Shown piece after piece: positions 36,428 through 38,111 of a DNA stretch of 38,111 nt. The position numbers and the translations under genes are program-made. The stretch covers positions 1 through 38,111 of IMG/VR virus record IMGVR_UViG_3300037783_000036, one strand, 5' to 3'. Positions within the stretch are counted from its first letter, which is position 1, and every line of letters starts with the position of its first letter. The stretch is from a virus (taxonomy: Duplodnaviria > Caudoviricetes). Below the pieces are notes generated by a model. The model made no database searches. It saw nothing but the letters and a program-made list of their open reading frames with translations, and had not been told where the DNA came from.

Positions 36428-37019
36428 CGAGAGCGAACACGATATCGAAACCGATCTTGAAAGCGAGCCCGAGATCGGCAAAGAGCCCATCCCGGTGCGC
36501 TGTGTTTTTGAAGAGATGGTTGCCATCGCCGATCTAAAACCTCACCCGCAAAATCCGAACACACATCCCGAGCGCCAGGTCAAGATCCTGGCTAAGCTTT
36601 TAGCCTATCACGGCTGGCGGAAAGCGATCGTCGTCTCAGCTACGTCCGGCTATATCACGCGCGGCCACGGGGCGGTTGAGGCCGCAAAATACGCCGGCGA
36701 AACACACGTCCCGGTCGACCGCCAGGAATACGATAGCCCGACCGATGAGCTGGCCGATGTGATCGCCGATAATCAGGTCGCAAAGCTTTCCAAGATCGAC
36801 GAGACCCGGCTTAAGCTTAATCTTGATAGTCTCTCGGATGTGGACGTGGCTTTGGATGTGGCAGGCTTTGATCAAGAGGCGATCACCGATCTTGAGATCC
36901 AGCTCGACAAGCTTAACGACGAGCGCAAAGGCTCTAGCGGCTCGGGCGATCAAGGTAGCGGCTCGAAAGATCCAAAAATTATAACCTGCCCGGAATGTGG
37001 GCACCAATGGGGGGGCTAA
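36417..37019 (+). CDS. ParB-N/sulfiredoxin-like domain protein with C-terminal zinc knuckle
   Basis: LKPHP.NPN.H, GW...IVV, GHG...AA, VPV, IADN and terminal CPECGH; AAGGAG RBS with GTG start. Confidence 0.85.
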   Translation: MSDNESEHDIETDLESEPEIGKEPIPVRCVFEEMVAIADLKPHPQNPNTHPERQVKILAKLLAYHGWRKAIVVSATSGYITRGHGAVEAAKYAGETHVPVDRQEYDSPTDELADVIADNQVAKLSKIDETRLKLNLDSLSDVDVALDVAGFDQEAITDLEIQLDKLNDERKGSSGSGDQGSGSKDPKIITCPECGHQWGG

Positions 37020-37064
37020 AGCCGCTTTGCCGATCGACTAAACCGCCCGCTCCGCTTTGATCTC

Positions 37065-37093
37065 GCCTCTCGGTCCTCGGGGGGCTTTTTTTT
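37065..37093 (+). terminator. Rho-independent terminator after the ParB-like gene
   Basis: GCCTCTCG-5-CGGGGGGC stem followed by T8. Confidence 0.75.
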
Positions 37094-37151
37094 GCCTGTA
37101 ATAAAAGATATGTGCCTACGAATACGTGGGCATAGTGACGTACAGCTCGAG

Positions 37152-37316
37152 TGTCAAATCCTTAGACAGTTCGGATGTCCAAGGAATGGACAGGAAAAAC
37201 TGGGCCCAAACGGTGGGTTATCGGATAGGGCTGGAGCTCCTGTCAAATCCTTAGACACCCGGGGAGGATCCGAGGGTCAATGATTTCAGCTAGTTAAATT
37301 TGGCACACCCTCTGCA
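37152..37316 (+). promoter_or_regulatory. Sigma54-type promoter module 1 with three upstream 17-bp boxes
   Basis: TTGGCACACCCTCTGCA (37300-37316, GG-N10-GC); boxes TGTCAAATCCTTAGACA at 37152 and 37241 plus an inverted variant at 37176. Confidence 0.7.
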
Positions 37317-37373
37317 TGTATTTAAGCATAGCAAGCACAGAGCTTGCAGAAACTCAAACCGAAAGGATCTCTC

Positions 37374-37607
37374 ATGACAAACCAAGACAAAGCCCTCTAC
37401 AAAGCCCGAGCCCAGCACACAGCCAAAGTCTCAGCCGAGATCGTCGTTCCTACTGAGTGTTTTAAAAGCCCCAAAGCACAGCGGGATGAGCGTTTTCTAA
37501 AAAGCGTTCTGGCAGGCTTTTACAAGCGCGGCCGGATCTCAGACAAGCAGATGGAGATCGTTTATCAGATCGAAAATTACTGGCTATCCAAGAGCCTGTG
37601 GGCCTAA
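37374..37607 (+). CDS. Hypothetical early protein (77 aa)
   Basis: Start inferred at ATG 37374 (AAAGGA RBS); FL.SV...F.KRGR.SDKQ..IV..I motif. Confidence 0.7.
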   Translation: MTNQDKALYKARAQHTAKVSAEIVVPTECFKSPKAQRDERFLKSVLAGFYKRGRISDKQMEIVYQIENYWLSKSLWA

Positions 37608-37652
37608 TCATAAACCGGGGGGCTCGGCCCCCCTTTAGCTTTGGAGCGTCCT

Positions 37653-37817
37653 ATGCGCAGCTTTACCTTTACATACCTTGAGGTCTCTATGTTCGGCAGC
37701 TTTGAGCGCCGTCTCACCGTCCAAGCAAAGACCGATAAGAGTGCCTGGCGCAAGCTATCCCAGATCCAGGGCAACCGAGACTTTCAACAGATCCAGCTTG
37801 TCGAGGTCCGGGCTTAA
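37653..37817 (+). CDS. Hypothetical 54-aa protein (MRSFTFTYLEVSMFGSFERRLTVQAKTDKSAWRKL...)
   Basis: Hand-translated; GGAG RBS; below the ORF-track cutoff; followed by a terminator. Confidence 0.65.
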   Translation: MRSFTFTYLEVSMFGSFERRLTVQAKTDKSAWRKLSQIQGNRDFQQIQLVEVRA

Positions 37818-37890
37818 GCCCCGGCCCCCCGGCAACCGATAAGATAAAACCGACCTCTTGTGTGGTCGCGGAATGTTTTTGGTTTGGGTG

Positions 37891-37921
37891 CGCCCCTGGC
37901 AACAGCTGGGGGCGTTTTTTT
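37891..37921 (+). terminator. Rho-independent terminator closing the two-gene unit
   Basis: CGCCCCTGGC-AACA-GCTGGGGGCG followed by T7. Confidence 0.8.
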
Positions 37922-38095
37922 GTTTAATCCTTAGACGATCCCACCTGTCTAAAGATTGCACAGCAAAACATGGGTGTTTTTAGGCTCATATAATCCTTGC
38001 CGAGATTTTGACCAAAATTCGTCAAATCCTTGGGCAGCGCGGCTTTTGGCATGTTGCTGAAATCATTGTGGCGTTTGTTTGGCACATCCTCTGCA
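37921..38095 (+). promoter_or_regulatory. Sigma54-type promoter module 2 with three upstream 17-bp boxes; target gene lies beyond the window
   Basis: TTGGCACATCCTCTGCA (38079-38095); box variants at 37921, 37946 (inverted) and 38020. Confidence 0.7.
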
Positions 38096-38111
38096 TTATA
38101 CAAGGCAAGCA

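Noticed and set aside
37617-37636. GGGGGGC-TCG-GCCCCCC hairpin as a terminator
   Set aside because: Only three T follow and the next gene starts about 20 nt later; more likely a stabilising or partial-stop hairpin.
37152-38036. 17-bp repeats read as a CRISPR array or attachment sites
   Set aside because: Too short, irregular spacing, mixed orientation, no cas or integrase; fixed distance to GG-N10-GC elements fits enhancer boxes better.

Overview
The window is a 38 kb piece of a tailed double-stranded DNA phage (or prophage) with a contractile tail. No host genes, rRNA, tRNA, CRISPR array, integrase or transposase are visible. 1..29.1 kb is a mostly minus-strand late region of Mu-like morphogenesis genes. 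In transcription order these are TerS, TerL, portal, gpF, protease/scaffold, decoration protein, major capsid, neck, sheath, tube, frameshifted tail chaperone, tape measure, gpN, gp44-gp48 baseplate and a truncated probable fibre gene. 29.9..38.1 kb is a mostly plus-strand early region with a wHTH replication initiator containing an internal AT-rich/DnaA-box segment, a RecE-like exonuclease, a putative annealing protein, a ParB-like protein and small ORFs. Four things stand out. (1) A sugar-modification toolkit is woven into the packaging/head genes: GT-B glycosyltransferase, RmlB, RmlC, an RmlD-like reductase and a SAM methyltransferase, plus a PhyH-type dioxygenase elsewhere. This suggests phage-made (methyl)rhamnose decoration of the virion or DNA. 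(2) An Acb2/Tad1-hairpin-like anti-defence candidate sits in an accessory cluster next to the endolysin. (3) Two near-identically built sigma54-type promoters carry triple TGTC-N9-GACA enhancer boxes. (4) GATC is strongly over-represented. All family calls come from motif recognition and gene order; no database search was run.
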